Shown one piece after another: positions 61,779-64,000 of a stretch of 64,000 nucleotides of DNA (positions are counted from its first letter, which is position 1; each line of letters opens with the position of its first letter). This DNA is from Vicinamibacterales bacterium. Its GTDB lineage: Bacteria > Acidobacteriota > Vicinamibacteria > Vicinamibacterales > UBA8438. The stretch covers positions 5,714,592 through 5,778,591 of the forward strand of contig OZ220736.1 of assembly GCA_965116825.1 (NCBI GenBank), in the 5' to 3' direction. Made by a program: the position numbers and the translations under genes. The notes under the pieces are model-generated. The model ran no database searches, had not been told where the DNA came from, and saw only the letters and a program-made list of their open reading frames with translations.

Positions 61779-62501
61779 TCAGAAGCCTACCTGGAAGGTC
61801 ACCTGCGAGGTCAGGCCGCCGAGGTCGATCTCTTCCTCGAGGAACCCGTTGTCGACGCCCACGATGCCGCTCACCTCGTGGTACTGGACCTCCAGTCCGA
61901 ACGCGTACCGATCGCCGAAGGGGAACCGCACCCCGCCGAGAACGATGCCGCCGGCGTCGGTTCCCTGGGCCACGAAGCGGTCGGTGAACGTGTCGAACGA
62001 GCCGAACCGGTCCACCGCGCCGAAGTCGATGAAGTTGCCGAACTCGGCGTAACGCCACGCGTAGAGGCCCAACCCACCTCCGAAGTAGGGCTGCACCGGC
62101 GTGTCTCCGAACGGCAGGAAGCGTACGGTCGCCGTTCCGGGAACGATCCGCAGGCGGAAGTCCTGGGTAATCTCGGTGCCGTCGACGTCCACGTAGTCGT
62201 TGTAGACGCTGGGCACCGTCCGCTGGTAGTAGCCGAGCCCGAGACTCACCTCGAAGTGGTTTCCGAGGTCGAGGTCCCACGATCCGCCCACTGCCCCGCC
62301 GTTGAAGTCGTCGAGCCGGAAGGCGAAGACGTTCAGGTTCTCGAGCAGGACGTCGCGGTCGATCCGGCTGTCGAAGCCCCTGACCGCGAACTGCCCGGCG
62401 GTGAGCGTGACGGCGTGCTGCGCGAGCGCCGGCCCGGCGACGAGGACGCCCGCCGCGGCGATCGCGGCGGCGGCGCCCGTTCTCCTGGTGATGCGTGACA
62501 T
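61779..62501 (-). CDS. Outer-membrane beta-barrel protein (OmpA/OmpW-like)
   Basis: Signal peptide ALA|Q; PYFGGGLG; C-terminal FQVGF; GGGGAGG RBS. Alternative start at 62531. Confidence 0.8.
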   Translation of the reverse strand: MSRITRRTGAAAAIAAAGVLVAGPALAQHAVTLTAGQFAVRGFDSRIDRDVLLENLNVFAFRLDDFNGGAVGGSWDLDLGNHFEVSLGLGYYQRTVPSVYNDYVDVDGTEITQDFRLRIVPGTATVRFLPFGDTPVQPYFGGGLGLYAWRYAEFGNFIDFGAVDRFGSFDTFTDRFVAQGTDAGGIVLGGVRFPFGDRYAFGLEVQYHEVSGIVGVDNGFLEEEIDLGGLTSQVTFQVGF

Positions 62502-62554
62502 GCTGGCCTCCCCTGTGTCGTTGACAGGCATCGATCTCTCCTGTCTCTGCAGCA

Positions 62555-62571
62555 TGCACGATGGATGCCAG
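62555..62571 (-). promoter_or_regulatory. Possible sigma-54 (-24/-12) promoter
   Basis: Minus strand CTGGCATCCATCGTGCA has correct GG-N10-GC spacing upstream of the OMP gene. Confidence 0.4.
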
Positions 62572-62770
62572 GGACGCCGGCGCGTGGGTACACGCGCGAG
62601 CATCGCTTGTCGCTCGGCCGGCGCCGCGTGGAAACAGCCGTCTGGCGGGCGGAAGACCTGTCGGGCTCGGTTGCGGCGCGCCGGCCGCAGGCCGCAGGAG
62701 ACCGGCGGGCGAGTCGGCGGCCGGTGTTGCGAATGGGTGTCGAACCGTCCCGTGCAGAGAACGCCGGCCC

Positions 62771-62832
62771 GGAAGTCTGCGCCGCAGAACCGCGCCGAGT
62801 CCGGGAGAGTTGGTTGGGCGGCAAGCGGAGCC
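62771..62832 (-). repeat. Dispersed intergenic palindromic repeat, copy 4 (inverted orientation)
   Basis: Reverse complement ggctccgcttgccgcccaaccaactctcccggactcggcgcggttctgcggcgcagacttcc aligns with 6973-7036. Confidence 0.75.
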
Positions 62833-62894
62833 ACCGGCGACGCCTTCCGGGGCGGGGCGAGGCTTCCGCCCCTCCGGGAGCAACCGCGGGTCCG

Positions 62895-63728
62895 CTACCG
62901 GGAACGGCCGCGGACGATCCCCAGCATGGCGTCGTGCAGCAGGCCGTTCGTCGCCAGGATGGAGCCCTCCCGGGAGTCGAAGGGATCGCCGGCCATCGTC
63001 GAGACCCTGCCGCCGGCCTCGGCCACGATCAACGCGCCAGCCGCCATGTCCCACGGATGCAGGCGCTGCTCCCAGAAGCCGTCGAACCGCCCGGCCGCCA
63101 CGTAGCACAGGTCGAGGGCGGCCGAGCCGAGCCGCCGCACGGCGCGCGCTTCGGCCACGAAAGCGCCGAACAGCCCGATCACCTCGTCCACCGTCTCGTG
63201 CACGTCGTACGGAAACCCGGTGCAGAGCATCCCGTCGACTAGCGTCGACGTCGTGGACACGCGCAACGGGACGCCGTTGAGCCGGGCGCCGGCGCCCGAC
63301 TCGGCCGTGTAGAGCTCTTCGCGCAGCGGGTCGTAGACGGCGGCGATAGTCGGAACGCCGTCGATCTCCAGCGCCAGCGACGCGCAGAAGATCGGCAGGC
63401 CGTGCGCATAGTTCACCGTGCCGTCGAGCGGGTCGAACACCCAGCAGTACGGCGGCCGGGCGGGCACGCCCGCGTGAGAACCGAGCTCCTCCGCGAGGAC
63501 GGTGTGGGACGGGAACCGCTCCCCGATCGTGCTGCGGAACCGGCGCTCGACCTCCAGATCGACCTGCGTGACGAGATCGATGACCCCCTTCTTGTCGACC
63601 TGCACGTCGGTTCCGAAGTGCGCGCGCTGAATGGCCCCGGCCTGCAGCACGGCCTCGGCCGCCGTGGCGACGAGGAGCGGATCGACCGCCTCGGCGGCGG
63701 CACGCAGATCCGGTCCGATCCGGGTCAT
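62895..63728 (-). CDS. suhB: Inositol monophosphatase family protein
   Basis: DLVTQVD, LAEE, DPLDGTVNYAHG, RRLGSAALDL, WDMAAG. Confidence 0.92.
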   Translation of the reverse strand: MTRIGPDLRAAAEAVDPLLVATAAEAVLQAGAIQRAHFGTDVQVDKKGVIDLVTQVDLEVERRFRSTIGERFPSHTVLAEELGSHAGVPARPPYCWVFDPLDGTVNYAHGLPIFCASLALEIDGVPTIAAVYDPLREELYTAESGAGARLNGVPLRVSTTSTLVDGMLCTGFPYDVHETVDEVIGLFGAFVAEARAVRRLGSAALDLCYVAAGRFDGFWEQRLHPWDMAAGALIVAEAGGRVSTMAGDPFDSREGSILATNGLLHDAMLGIVRGRSR

Positions 63729-64000
63729 TCCGCCGCGCCCAGCTTCTTGACCATGCGCACCTCCATCCCTCCGCCCGGGATCCGCTGCAGCCGGATGTCG
63801 TCCATGAAGCTGCGCATGAAGAAGATGCCCCGGCCGCTCGACCTGAGAAGGTTCTCGGGGGCCAGCGGATCGGCGACGGCGTCCGGGTCGAAGCCCGGTC
63901 CCTGATCGAGGACGCGAACGACGAGACGGACCGGCTCCGTCCTGGGCTCGAGCCGGATCTCGACGGTGACGCGCTTGTTGCGATCCTCGGCGTTGCCGTG
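63725..64000 (-). CDS. RsbW-like anti-sigma factor/HATPase, 5' part outside window
   Basis: Manual translation HGNAEDRNKRV..VLDQGPGFDP..ENLLRSSGRGIFFMRSFMD..MVKKLGAAE*; stop overlaps the suhB ATG. Confidence 0.85.
   Translation of the reverse strand, partial: HGNAEDRNKRVTVEIRLEPRTEPVRLVVRVLDQGPGFDPDAVADPLAPENLLRSSGRGIFFMRSFMDDIRLQRIPGGGMEVRMVKKLGAAE

Overview
High-GC (about 68-70% by eye) bacterial chromosomal window. Gene content (paralogous DUF1592/DUF1552 genes, ankyrin, CRTAC1/TPR, Oar-type TonB receptor) suggests Acidobacteriota, possibly Vicinamibacterales; this is inference only. Layout: (1) 1-15.9 kb, exported proteins of unknown function, including two DUF1592-type c-cytochromes, a Tat-type HXXSHH (DUF1552) protein, an ankyrin protein, a monoheme propeller-like protein, a CRTAC1/TPR pair and a TonB-dependent receptor. 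(2) 16.2-18.1 kb, a dead Phd/PIN toxin-antitoxin module split by an intact IS10-like IS4 element with a 9-bp target duplication. (3) 18.1-30.9 kb, a minus-strand housekeeping run (ttcA, dtd, CPBP, OMP, dapF-like, radC, larC, metG, tatD, ispB, ligA). (4) 31-61.7 kb, a large surface-glycan locus with GT4s, a flippase, GT-C-like proteins, a GlpD paralogue, a radical SAM enzyme, a deacetylase, a frameshifted PQQ dehydrogenase, a VTC-DUF4956-CotH operon and an IS/pseudogene graveyard. (5) OMP, suhB and a partial RsbW-like gene. Best leads: a DapF with both catalytic cysteines replaced by serines; the VTC/DUF4956/CotH triad; the DUF1592/DUF1552 module; a LigA with a duplicated HhH domain; and a dispersed 60-65 bp intergenic palindromic repeat. 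Family assignments come from motif recognition, with no database searches run. No rRNA, tRNA or CRISPR array was recognised.
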